Shown here piece by piece: positions 35,924-48,570 of a stretch of DNA of 64,000 bases. Made by a program: the position numbers and the translations under genes. The notes beneath the pieces were generated by a model. It worked only from the letters and a program-made list of their open reading frames with translations. It was not told the origin of the DNA and did not search any database. Each line of letters opens with the position of its first letter. Within the stretch, counting starts at the first letter, position 1. This stretch comes from Azolla caroliniana (Eukaryota > Plantae > Polypodiophyta), in the NCBI GenBank assembly GCA_043228905.1, contig JBHGNT010000006.1, forward strand, positions 17,856,001 through 17,920,000, in the 5' to 3' direction.

Positions 35924-38900
35924 GGCGACGGAGTATCGGATGAATTCCCGGACGCAGAGTTATTCCGTATCACCCCGGAGACGGCAGCGGACGACACGGT
36001 GGCATCAGAAGATAGGTGGCTAACAAACATGCACCAGTTCCTAAGCACGGGCTTGCCACCGGAGGAAATGAACCGGGACGAGAGGAAACGACTGGCGGTG
36101 CAGAGCCGCAATTTCTGTCTGTTACGGGACACTCTCTACCACAAAGGAGCAGATGGAATATGGAGACGGGCAGTCCGTAGTGACGAGAAACAAGTAATCT
36201 TACGGGAAGCACACTGTGGGGTTGCCGGAGGACACTATGCCGGGGAAGCAACGGCAAGGAAAGTATGGCAGAGCGGTTTATGGTGGCCCACAACGTTAAA
36301 AGACGCCGTTAAGTATGCTAAGGAATGTGACCTATGCCAACGGATGGGTCAGCCTACGGAGCAAGCACGGATGCCACACCAACCGGTACTTCCACTAGAG
36401 CCATTCCAGAAGTGGGGGTTGGATTTTGTCGGACCGTTCAAGCCACCGGCAATGAGAACGGGTAATCGTTATGTCATCGTGGCAACAGATTATTGCACTA
36501 AATGGGTGGAGGCTAAGGCCTTGAGAGACAACACCGCGTCATCCACAGCAAAATTCCTGTACGAGAACATTTGGTGCCGATATGGATGTCCGATTGAATT
36601 AATCAGCGACCAAGGAGGGCACTTCCTCGGCCAGGTAGTGGAAAGCTTAACAACGTTCTATGCCATGGTCCATAAACGGAGCACACCGTACTACCCCCAA
36701 GCAAACGGGTTAGCAGAGTCCACCAACAAAACGCTGCAAAACATTCTCCGCAAAATCGTCAATGACAACCGGACGGACTGGGATACAAAGCTCCATAGCG
36801 CGCTATGGGCGTACCGAACGGCATACAAAACAAGTATCCGGACAACGCCGTTCCGGTTAGCGTTCGGCTTAGAGGCGGTCATGCCGGTGGAATTTCAGGT
36901 ACCAAGCTTACGGATCCAACTACGGGAACGGCTGAATGAAAAGGAGTCGGAGGAAATGCGGCTAGCAGCACTATGCGAACTGGAGGAGCAACAGCTGGCC
37001 AGCATCCTACACATGGAACTGGAGCAACGACGACGGAAAGCGTTCGTTGACCGTCACCGGAAAGGTAATGAAAAGATGTTCGAAATCGGAAAGCCGGTAC
37101 TAGTATTCCAAACGAGGATGGGCAAGATGCCGGGTAAACTCCGGTTTAGATGGACAGGCCCGTATTGGCTGACACGGGAATACAACGGATCCTATCAGTT
37201 AGGGACACTTGCCGGTGAAGTGCTAGGCAAGTGGGTCAACGGATTTAGACTAAAGCCCTATAAAGGACCGATGCCAAAGAACCCGTTTATGCAGCCCACC
37301 GGCACTATACCGGGAACGGTACGGATGGAAGAAAAAGACGACGGGGAACCCGTAGCAGAGGCGAAGGAAGACACGGCAACCCGTAAGGAAAACGGTAAGG
37401 GTCCGAAGGGACCTACAAATGTGTAAGATCACATACCGTCAGTTAAAAAAAAAAAAAAAAAAGAAATCATTAAAAATCAAGGTATGAACGGACGTGAAAT
37501 CAAGGAGCGAAAAGGTACGTAGTGGGCATTTAAGTGCCGCCACGCTACTTAATACTAAATTGGTACACGACGTGTGCATGCTCGAAAAAGGCGCCAAGAC
37601 GAACAGAGAAGAAGCAGAACGCATGGAGACCTTTTCATTTCGCGAGCCAAGAAGCACAGAAGCACCAAGGCGGTGGAAGCTTACCAAACGCGAACTTGCA
37701 CTTAGAGAACCCCCACGTTCGGAACTCTCTATCTCTCGCTCTCACTCTCATCACCACTCTACCTCGCCATCTTTCCTCGACCTCGAAGGAGACATGGAAC
37801 CACAAACGCTGTCGGAAGCGGCCAGGAAATGGTTCAGGCAACACGGACTGGAGGGGTTCTTGACCATCATGGAGGCACCACCGCACAGAGAAGCCGACCG
37901 GGTCATCAAGGAGCTCGACACAGAAGTCATCACCGAGGAAGCGATCCGTGCGCTAACAGGCCTTCCGGAGGGAGGTATCTTTCAGATCGATAACCCAACC
38001 TCGGAGCAACTCATCCGATATTTCGGTGAGTACTCTGTTGCTGGCAAAGGCTATCGAACGCAGGGCGGCGAAGATCCGCTATTCAGGGAGATAGCTCGAG
38101 TGCTCCATGAGTACGGCCACGTGTACCCCCGACCCCCTGTCATGCCAAAAAATCGGGTAGGGATGATCATAGCCACCTATGAAGGGACCAAGGTGGATTG
38201 GCCGGTGTTGATTGCAGACGGTTTGTGCGCGGCAATCGACATGGTACGAGGAAAGGACGGCAAGGAGGGCCGGAAGCTGTGGCATGCCGTAGCTCAGTGG
38301 ATAACATTGTTCGTGCCGCCGGTCGAGACCATCCAGCCAAAGAAGCGGCCAAGATTATCGGAAGGAAGCACCTCGAAGCCCGCGTCTAAACGACAGCAGC
38401 TGCTGGCGACGAAGGCGACGAAAGGGAAGAAACGACTCCCAGAACCGGAGGAGGTGTCACCGGTCCGACCCGTTAAGATAACCATACGGCGACCGGGACA
38501 GAAGGAACCGGAACCCTTGACGGCACAGAAACATGCCGTTACCCAGGAAGAGGAAACGGAGGAGCCAGAAGAGCACCTCCAACGACGGTCAAGAAGTAGG
38601 ACCGCCGGGACAGCGGGGGAACGTTCGTACCCGCAAGAGGAAGAAACGCCCCCAACTCAACCTGAGCAAACCACAAGGGAGGAACCGGAACCGGTGCGTA
38701 TGGAACCGGCCTTGTCGACTTCTATAGAAGAAGTCATTCCAACGGCTCCGGAGACGGCGAGAACCGGAACTCAACAGCCGGCGAGCCCAGCCAGCACACA
38801 CAGCGGCCAAGGAGTAGAACCAAAACGGCAGATACAGGCACTCAGGCCAGACAATTCCACAGTGAACGAGCCGACCCGACCAGTACAGCAGCAAGGCACC

Positions 38901-40842
38901 AGTAGCATGTGGCTACGGTGGGTAGGCGAGCAAATCACCGGAGCGGTCGAGTACATAGAGGCGAAGGAGAGAGCACACCAAGAACGGTTGCTCGTCACAA
39001 CCGTAGATCTAGAGACGGCCTGGTCCAGAATCCGGAGCCTTGAACAAGACTTGGACAGGGTCACAAGGGAAATGGCTCAATTGGCTTTGACAACACAAGT
39101 CCAAGCAACGGTGACTCCGGGCAATGTACAGAATAAAGCGGCAGATCAACCTGTACATAGCAATCAGACCCTGGCAACGGAAACCGTTCCGGAGAGAAAT
39201 GCGGCACAAGCCCAAGAGCTTGCGGATTTAAAGCATGAGCTAGCTGCCCAAGAAGCGCTGAGGAACCGCGAAAGAGAATTGAAGACGGCAGCGGAGGCAG
39301 AACTCAAAAAGACTGCTGAGAATCTACGCCGGGCCGAGGAGAGCTTACGGAAAGGCCACCAAGCGTACGACCGGCTCAAGGAGGAGAAGGAGAAAATGCT
39401 GCAAGAGAAGGAGAGGCTCCGGAGGAACGCCGAAACAGAAGTAGAGCGCCTGAAAGAGGAACTCCGGCAGGTAAAGGACCGGGAGGACCGGAACCATCGC
39501 CAGATCAACGGCAAGCTCAAACAAAAAACGGAGGAATTTGAGCACTTGCACCGGGAGTATAAACGGTTGCAAACGGAGCACAAGGAACGGACAGATGAGC
39601 TCCGACAAGCAGTTGATCGGACCGCAACGGCATACGCTAAGGAACAAGCGGAAACCAGAAGACGGTTGGAAGAGGCGGAGAAGGTTCGGACAGAGCTCCT
39701 CAGGCAACAGCAGGCGGAAAAAGAAAGAGCGGCGGAGGTACTGCAGAGGCTGCAGACAACATATCAAGGGCAGTTGACGCGCTACAGAGAGTAGGCGGAG
39801 GATACGGAGAATCTCATCAAGCAGTTGAAGGAGGAACGACAAGTTGTGGAAAGTAGAGCGCAAATGGGAGCAAGTCGCATCCAGGATATCATGCGGGCCT
39901 GGTTGAACCAGACCAAGAGCTTGATTGACAACGGTTCCGTCAAATGGTGGACCAAGTGGGCCACGAACGCGGCGGAACTCCAATTGCTCCGGGCCGACGT
40001 AGAGAACCGGCGGAAGGAGGGAGATGATTGCTATATGCTGACTTCCGAAGACTTCACCGGCATAAGAGATGAGCTGGCCGAAGACTTTCAAGCCTTGGCA
40101 GACGACCAACTAGGGCAAGTCCGGCAACTTGTAGCTCAGCTGGACGACGACAGGCTGGAGGCGCAGATCCAGTTTGAAAGCTACGAGAGGTCCCGGATCC
40201 GGGAAGAGAAAGCACGAGAACCGGTTACGGTCAACCTCAATGATGAGGAACCGTTACTGGAAGGAGACTGGACCGGAAGCAGTCAAACAGAGATGCCGGA
40301 GTCAGAGAAACAAACGGAGCAGCCGCCTATAGAGCAGCCGGAGCAGTCTCAGTCCCAACCGCAACCACAGCAGCAGCAAGCAGAGCAGCCGGAGCAGCCT
40401 CAGGCCCAACCGCAACCACAGCAGCAGCAGCAAGCACAGCCGCAACAACCACAACTGGAAGAACAAGTGGAAACTCTTGAACAAAGTATTTTGGACAATT
40501 TGGGTGAACAATGAAGGGGCCGAGAAGGGTTCGACGTACAAGGTACTGTCCCACGGGCGTGCCATGTGTTACCGGCCGGCAAGGAGTCCAAAATACGGAG
40601 TGAAGGAATTAATTAAGTATGGTTGTAAATAAGCATAGTGTGGACGGACGGACTGGAAACGGTATGTTGTTCCAGATCCGGACGGATCCCGAATAGGTGC
40701 GATAGGCACCGTTTTGTACTACGGGCCGGAAACCTATTTAAAGGCCCGGACCCCATTGTAATCGCAACGGATAATTAATAGAGCATATGGTGTTTATACT
40801 TCTGTGTTGATTTCCGTTCTGTAATTACTGTTATATCTTACG
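35924..40842 (+). repeat. 4.9-kb near-identical copy of element 1 (21823-26739): integrase, accessory ORF, truncated LTR
   Basis: Carries the same premature TAG and the same 3'-LTR variants as element 1. The truncated LTR is at 40567-40842. Confidence 0.92.
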
Positions 40843-41733
40843 GAGCACAAGGAACGGACGGATGAGCTCCGGCAAGCAGTTGATCGGACCGCAACCGCAT
40901 TCGCCAAGGAACAAGCGGAAAACAGAAGACGGTTGGAAGAGGCGGAGAAGGTTCGGACAAAGCTCCTCAGGCAACAGCAGGCGGAAAAAGAAAGAGCGGC
41001 GGAGGTACTGCAGAGGCTGCAAACGACATATCAAGGGCAGTTGACGCGCTACAGAGAGCAGGCGGAGGATACGGCAAATCTCATCAAGCAGTTGAAGGAG
41101 GAGCGACAAGTGGTGGAAAGCAGAGCACAAATGGGAGCAAGTCGCATCCAGGATATCATGCGGGCCTGGTTGAACCAGACCAAGAGCTTGATTGACAACG
41201 GTTCCGTCAAATGGTGGACCAAGTGGGCCACGAACGCGGCGGAACTCCAATTGCTCCGGGCCGACGTAGAGAACCGGCGGAAGGAGGGAGATGATTGCTA
41301 TATGCTGAATTCTGAAGATTTCACCGGCATAAGAGATGAGCTAGCCGAAGACTTTCAAGCCTTGGCAGAGGACCAACTAGAGCAAGTCCGGCAACTTGTA
41401 GCTCAGCTGGACGACGACAGGCTGGAGGCGCAGATCCAGTTTGAAAGCTACGAGAGGTCCCGGATCCGGGGAGAGAAAGAACGAGAACCAGTTACGGTCA
41501 ACCTTAGTGATGAGGAACCGTTACTGGAAGGAGACCGGACCGGAAGCAGTCAAACGGAGATGCCGGAGCCAGAGAAACAAACGGAGCAGCAGCAGCAAGC
41601 AGAGCAGCCGGAGCAGCCTCAGTCCCAACCGCAACCACAGCAGCAGCAGCAAGCACAGCCGCAGCAACCACAACTGGAAGAACAAGTGGAAATTCTTGAA
41701 CAAAGTATTTTGGACAATTTGGGTGAACAATGA
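40840..41733 (+). pseudogene. 3' remnant of the element-2 accessory ORF, uninterrupted across the CAG
   Basis: The 266-aa ORF reads ...LTRYREQAEDTANL... through the position that is a stop in element 1. Confidence 0.85.
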
Positions 41734-42208
41734 AGGGGCCGAGAAGGGTTCGACGTACAAGGTACTGTCCCACGGGCGTGCCATGTGTTACCGGCCGGCA
41801 AGGAGTCCAAAATACGGAGTGAAGGAATTAATTAGATATGGTTGTAAATGAGCATAGTGTGGACGGACGGACTGGAAACGGTATGCCGTTCCAGATCCGG
41901 ACGGATCCCGAATAGGTGCGAGAGGCACCGTTTTGTACTACGGGCCGAAACCTATTTAAAGGCCCGGACCCCATTGTAATGACAGCGGATAATTAATAGA
42001 GCTTATGATGTTTATACTTCTGTCTTGATTTCTGTTCTGTAATTACTGTTATATCTTACGCGTGTAATTAACCAAAGCATTCTAATCGTGTAACCTATGT
42101 AAGTCGGTGTAATCGTTGAATCTTAATCCTATGCCGTAATCACCCTTTGGTGAAGTGTCTCCGTGACACCTTGTGTTAGGCCTTGTCCGGCTAGAGAATA
42201 ACATGCAT

Positions 42209-44522
42209 GTACCGGATGAGAAACGGAGGAAGCTGGATCCGAAGTCGGAGAACTGCATACTAATCGGCTACTCACATAAGCAAAAAGGGTATAAGTGTTA
42301 TAACCCCCGAACAAAACAAGTTCGAGTGAGCCAAGATGTTGAATTTGATGAGTCAACATCAAGGTACTCCCTATCGGCCCTGATGATCGACTCCGACCTG
42401 ATTCCGGAGGATGAGGCCAGTGAGCCCGAGGAGACCTAGGTAGGTGAAGAAGGATTTGGTACTCTAGATGAGAGTCCGATCTCATTCTGGCTAAGTGGGC
42501 TGAATGAGCGGCTGAGTCGGAATGACCAATCGGATGAAGAACCGGCGAGTAGTGGAGACTCCGTCGTGCTCTCCCCGCGCAAGGAACCGAGGAGACGGTT
42601 CACACGCACAAAGAAGGGGAAGAAAAAGATGACGGAATACGACACCGGCAGTGAAGAGTCATATCGGAGTGATTCTAACTCCGGATAGAACGAAGTCGGA
42701 TCTTTAGAAACAGAGTCTGAACCGGCCAAGAAGGGCCTCAAATCGGCTAACGAGAAGTTACGCCGATCAACCCGCCAGAAGAACCCCGTAAAGAGGTATG
42801 GATACAATGAGTACATGGCGCATCACTATGCGTACATGACCAAAGTGGCGGAAGTGCATGAGTCGGAGAGCTACGCAAAAGCGACAAAGGACGCGAATTG
42901 GCGTGCCGCAATGGAAGAAGAAATGCGGGCACTCGATGCCAATGACACTTCGAACCTCGTTGATCCTCCCCGACAATGTAGACCGATCGGTTGTAAGTGG
43001 GTATATAAGGTGAAGTACAATGCCGACGGTTCGATAAACCGGTACAAGGCCTAGTTAGTGGTGAAGGGATACACAGAGACCCACGGAATCGACTATGACG
43101 AGACCTTCGCCCTGGTAGCGAAGATGACGACGGTTCATCTGGGTTGCTGCGGCAAGGAGGTGGCATCTTCATCAAATGGATGTGAAGAATGTGTTTCTTC
43201 AGGGTGATCTTGATGAACAAGTCTATATGATCGAATCCCCCGGTTTTCAATCGAACATGAACAAGTCGGTAGTGTGCCAACTCAAAAAGTTGCTTTATGG
43301 CCTGAAGCAAGCCCCCCGAGCTTCGAATGCGAAAATCATACGCCGGTTGTGTAAGACGGGGTTTGCGGCCTCAAAGTCCGACTCGTCGTTGTTCATCCAG
43401 AAAGGTCTGAACGGTTTGGTTTGTATCCTATTGTATGTAGATGATCTAGTGATCACCGAACCTGGGGGGACCTTCATTATTTTCTTGGGATCGAGGTGAT
43501 CCGGACCCCCGACACATATTGCTCTCACAAAGACCCTATGTGTTGAATATGTTGTACAAATTCAGCTTGACTGAATGCCGACCAATCTCCACATCCCTGG
43601 ACCGGAACCTAAAGCTACGTCCCGACTCCGGACCGGCCTGCAATGAGAAATGGTTCCGAAAAATTTTCAGAAGCCTTATTTACTTGACAATCACTCGACC
43701 CGACATCAGTTACCCGGTCTGAGTGATTAGCCAATGCATGTAGAAGCCGACCGTGGAGCACCTTCAGTGCGGTCACCGGATACTCCAATACGTAATCTGC
43801 ACTAAGGATAAGGCATTGTTATATAGGAACGTTATGGTTGCACCGCTAGTCGGATATACGAATGCCGATTGGGCCGGTGATGCATCGGATCACCAATCCA
43901 CCTCCGGTTATATGTTCTCTCTTGGTAGCGCAACTGTTGCATGGAGCAGCCAACAATGGCTTTGTCGAGCATCGAGGCTGAATACTGGGGTGCTATCATT
44001 GCCACTTGTGAAGCCATTTGTCTTCGACGACTGCTGCAAGACCTCCAGATCGAGGTGCCGACCCCAATCTTGATCTACTATGACAACGTAAGCAACATAC
44101 AACTCGTTAAGAACCCTGTATTCCATTCTCGGACAAAGCACATAGAAGTGCATTATCACTTTGTCCATGAACGGGTCCTGAGCAGTGAAGTTGAACTTCA
44201 GTATGTTCACACGGATCGGCAGGTTGCCGACATCATCACCAAGCCATTCGGATCAGACAAGTTGCAGCACTTTTCAGAGATGCTCGGATTACAGCCTCTC
44301 GACGTGCCGCACTTGAGGGGGAGAGTTGGAAAGGAAACAGGTATTGGCACCGGACAAGGGGCCGAAGAGGAAAGAACCAAGACAGGGGGAGATAAGAAGA
44401 AAAAGGAAGTCGGATCAACATATATGAACAAGTCTGAACAAGCGGCGGCGGCGGCAAAGTCAAAAAGGACAGAGCCAACCGAAAGGAGAAGGCCAAGACC
44501 CGGACATGGTCCGATGTTTTGA
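42209..44522 (+). pseudogene. Copia integrase C-terminus, RT and RNase H, decayed
   Basis: KWVYKVK, MDVKNVFLQG, LYGLKQAPR, YVDDL and RTKHIEVHYHF. Confidence 0.9.
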
Positions 44523-44923
44523 AAGGCCGGAAAACGGGAGGCAGATTGGAGACAGCAAATCTAAACAAGAGCTAGAATGAATTGGATGCACATGATTCGA
44601 AAGAGGTGTTTGATTCGGATGAGCCGGATCAACTCGATGCCAGACGGACGAGGAGGCAGTAGAAGTCAACGCCGATACGAAGGAGATGATGGGTTGACAA
44701 GTGTCGGACTCATGGCAGCGAAGGAGTTGAGGTGGGCCCGTGGAGTAGACATGCCGACCAAGGAGGCCGAGGTGCGCAGAACCGGACAGGTCGCGGGAAG
44801 CGGAACCGGACTAGACGAGGAGCGTGAGAAAGGCGGGAGAACGCCAGTAGAAGTCGGACAGAAGAACCAGCTATCATAGATACTGACACCATAATCCGAA
44901 CTCAAGTTGAGCTTGAGAGGGAG

Positions 44924-45353
44924 TGTTAGCGAGCACACTCAACCAGATCCGGATCAGCTGAATAAGCTAGAGCTAGATCGGTATCCGAAATGGAGAGACA
45001 GATCGGTATCTAGAACCAGGAGCCGGATCGGATTGAAACCGGTAGGCCGTTAGAGGCCTACGGATCTAGCCTAGTATAGTACGTAGGCATATTTTTGGGA
45101 GTCAGTGTCAATCGCTCTTATGAGCATTTAAGTACTTATCAGTACTTTTGCCAATCCTCTATGGACTTGTATAAAAGTTCTCTCTGAGCACATTCTATGT
45201 ACAAAGTGTTATTACTTTGAATTAACTTTTAGCTTTCTGCTCTCTCTGTCTCTCCCCTACGTAAGATCTCCATTAAACCTTTCTTCTCAATATTTTGTTG
45301 TTACCCAATACAACCTGTTTTGTCTCATAAGCTTCCGCACATTTACTTTAACA
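44924..45353 (+). repeat. Copia 3' LTR
   Basis: Follows the PPT and matches the 5' LTR apart from substitutions and a ~50-bp U3 indel. Confidence 0.9.
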
Positions 45354-45415
45354 ATAATGTATTCCATGTCTCCCTTCTTGAACCTCGCCATATATTTGAA
45401 ATCCTCGGTCCTATA
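45354..45415 (+). mobile_element. Continuation of the chromovirus integrase after the Copia insertion
   Basis: NVFHVSLLEP completes the RIH(N) left at 16567. Confidence 0.85.
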
Positions 45416-45419
45416 CCAA

Positions 45420-48400
45420 TAATGATGCGCTATGTACTCATTATAGTCATACCTGATTATGGGGTTTCAATGGCGAGTTGACCGGTGCAACTTTTTGTTG
45501 GCCGTCTTCAAGGCCCTCTTGGCCGATTCCGACCTCAACTCTGGAGTTCTGTCTTCACTTATGGCCCCATCGGATTCACTTCGATCCGACGTGCCCACCT
45601 CATTGCCATAATCTTGCAACTTCTTCTTTCCCTTCTCTCTATGGGTAAACCGTCTCTTTAGCATCGCCCTTGGGGATTGCACGGTTGAGTCTTCGTCGCT
45701 CACTGGCATGTCAATAGTCTGGTCAGTCCGACTGAGCTCCTCGCTTAGCCAAAAAGAAATCAAACTCTCATCCGGAGTCCCGATTTCCTCTTCACGTTGG
45801 ATCGTCTCGGCCTCATTACCCTCATCCTCAAAACTTGGCAAGAGTTCATGTAGTATGAAGCCATTTCATCAAACATGACATCCCAACTGACCCAATCTTG
45901 TTTTGTCCGAGGATTATAGCATTTATAACCCTTTTGCTCGTCTGAGTAGCCAACCAAGATACATTTCTCGGCTTTAGAATCAAACTTCCTCCGCTTCTCC
46001 TACGGCACATGCACATATACTATGATGCCCACACCGTCATGTGCACCAAGTTCGTCTTCTTCTTGAAGTACAACTCATGTGGTGACATTTGTCTCTGACT
46101 GCAGATGTCTGATTCTAAAGTTAGTTGGCTGTTCTAACCGCTTCGATCCAAAAGAACTCGGGCACGCTCTTCTCTTCTAGCATTTCCTTGGCTGCTTCTT
46201 CAATCGTCTGGTTCATTCTCTCGACTACGCCGTTCTGGTTCGATGTATAGCTACAGGAGAATTCACGCTGAATTCTCTCCTTCTACTTATAACTTGTGAA
46301 CTGGCCGGAAAAGTATTATCTTTCTCCATCGGTCCTGAGGCACTTGATTTTTCGGCTTGTCTCCCATTCGGCAAGGCTTTTCACCTTCAGGAAGCAGGAG
46401 AAGACTTCACTCTTTTTTTCAATTAGACATGCCCAGGTATGTCGAGTGAAGTCATGGATAAAGGTGACAAAATATTGACACTCTCCAATGCTCACATTTT
46501 GTGCCTGTCCCCACACGTCTGCATGGATTAGATCAAGCTTGTTATGGCTTTGATATGCTCGTTGGGGAATGTAAGTCAGTGTTGCTTCCCGAACTTGTTG
46601 GCTTCACAGACTTGGCCCTTTCGCCCATTGAATTTCGGCAAGTTGAAAACGATTTGCTTGGTCTGCATTTCTTGAAGCCGTGGGAAGTTGACGTGGTTGA
46701 TCTGCTTGTGTCGTAGGTCGATGTCCAAGTCGACCTTTTGACATTTAGCGAACATAGTGGTGTCGAAGTCGTTTGTCTCGAGGATGAACATCCTCCCCTC
46801 TTTGTGCCCCTACACAATAATCCAACATTCGTCCTCGATGAAGCATCCAAGGTGAGTGAACCTAACTTGCATCCCCTGATCGACGATCTGGCCAACCAAC
46901 ACCAGGTTCTTGATAATCGTTGGGTTGTGTAGGACGTTCCTCATAATTGCTCTCTAGCCTACATGGCTCAAAGGGATGTCTCTGATGCGTTCGATGGGGT
47001 GAGGGGTGTCGTCGCTGGTTTTGGCGACCCCTGGCTGTTTCGGCTTCTCTAAACTTGAGAACCAATCTGTGTGGTTTGTCATGTGGTTGGACGCCCCAGA
47101 ATCCATGTACCACACCTCCTTTGGCTTTGAGGTGCTCACTGCCATTGAATTGGCCTTGTGCTTCATCACAAATATAGGGCCCGTTTCGGTCTGTCTTGAG
47201 CCCTCGGCATAGTGAGATCTCTATCGTCTCTTGGAGTTTGGCTCTACTTGATTTGGCATTGTCCGAATCAACTTGCTGTTTCTTCCAACACTCTCTCTCC
47301 TTGTGGCCCTTTTGGCCACAATACCAATATCGGTGGGCTTACCTCGACTCCCCTTGCTCGCGGAGGGTCCACTACTATCGACACTTAATCTGTGCTTCTG
47401 GTTCTACTCCTATAGGCTACCTCCATTGCATGCCAATCCGTCTCATCCTCCATGACCACGGGGTCGATCTGCCTCCGTGTACAACATCTTGTTGTTGGTG
47501 TGCGTGCTCGTCGATGCACCTCCATGGTTCTCTTCGACGAGAAACATGAACTATAACTCGAAGAAGGACAATGTTTTCTCCCTCATTCAGACCGCCGTTC
47601 GGAATGATCCGAACTTATGTGCCAAGTCTTTGAGGCAAACATATACCATCTCATCTGTTTCAACTGTCATGTTGATAGAGCTAAGCAAGGCGTAGATCTC
47701 CTTGGAGGTGTGGTCGGCCACTAACGTGTCCCTCTATCGAATGTTGTTCAACTCATGTTTGAGCTGCAACTTCCTGGCCGTTGTGCTTGCTACGAAAATT
47801 CTCTTCAAATTTGCCCCAACATCCTTTGGTGTCTTGGCGTCCTAGATATAACCGAGTAGTTGGTCATTCACACAGGATGTGACGCAGTTCAAGACTTTGT
47901 TTGTCGCATGTTGCCAGGTTGGAAAGTCTCTATGTGTCAACTCCGTTGCTCCATCATTAGCTCCTTCGACATAGCTCCAAGACCCGTGTCCAAGTAGGTA
48001 CGAATGCATCTTGTATGCCCAAGATGCATAGTTGCTCATGTCGAGTCTTTTTGTCGGAATGGAGCTGCCCATTCCTCTATCCAAAGCTTGTTTGTGCTGG
48101 AAATGCTCATCGGCTGCAGAGAATTCTTCAACCCTCACGCTCTGATACCATGAAAAAGTTAGATGCATAAGCTAATCAACAGACACAGTCGGTTCTAATG
48201 AACGATAGCTCACTATTAAGTAAATACAAAGGTGAGAGAGATAGAGATTGCAGACAACAAAATTCTATTCAAAATAATAATGCTCTATATACCAAAATGT
48301 GCTCAGTGAGCACTCTTTATACAAGCCCCTCTGACAATGGGTTGACTGAAGTATTGACAAGTACTTCAATGCTCATGAATCAAGCATTGACACTAATTGC

Positions 48401-48570
48401 CTACAATATACCTATTTACTAAAATAGACATATAGCTACTAACGGCTTATCGACCTCCAGTCGACTCGGTCAGCCGATTCGGCTTATGGCTTACTAGTTG
48501 ATTGACCTGTGTACGATCTGGCTTCTGACTTCTCCAGCCGGTCGGCCCATGTTGAGCTTGTCACTCAACA
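45420..48570 (-). mobile_element. 3'-truncated Ty1/Copia (5' LTR, gag, PR, INT)
   Basis: LTR at 48151-48570 (minus strand TGTTGAGTGACAAGCTC...CA) and PBS at 48139-48150. Translates to SNYASWAYKMH, WYMDSGASNHM and GYKCYNP, and ends before RT. Confidence 0.9.

Larger units (their letters stand above)
29028..42203 (+). mobile_element. Ty3/Gypsy element 2 (same family), internally rearranged
   Basis: LTRs at 29028-29446 and 41786-42203, perfect TSD TGCAT inside the Copia YVHVP codons, same PBS as element 1. Confidence 0.96.
16568..45353 (+). mobile_element. Ty1/Copia element (decayed) carrying two nested Gypsy insertions
   Basis: LTRs at 16568-16942 and 44924-45353, PBS TGGTATCAGAGC (tRNA-iMet) at 16943, PPT gagagggag at 44915 and TSD acaat/ataat. 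Gag-PR-INT lies at 26888-29027 and INT-RT-RH at 42209-44310 (YVDDL, YTNADWAG). Confidence 0.93.

Noticed and set aside
17400-42200. Many antisense and alternate-frame ORFs within the Gypsy elements
   Set aside because: They are shadows of GC-rich coding sequence with no recognisable motifs.
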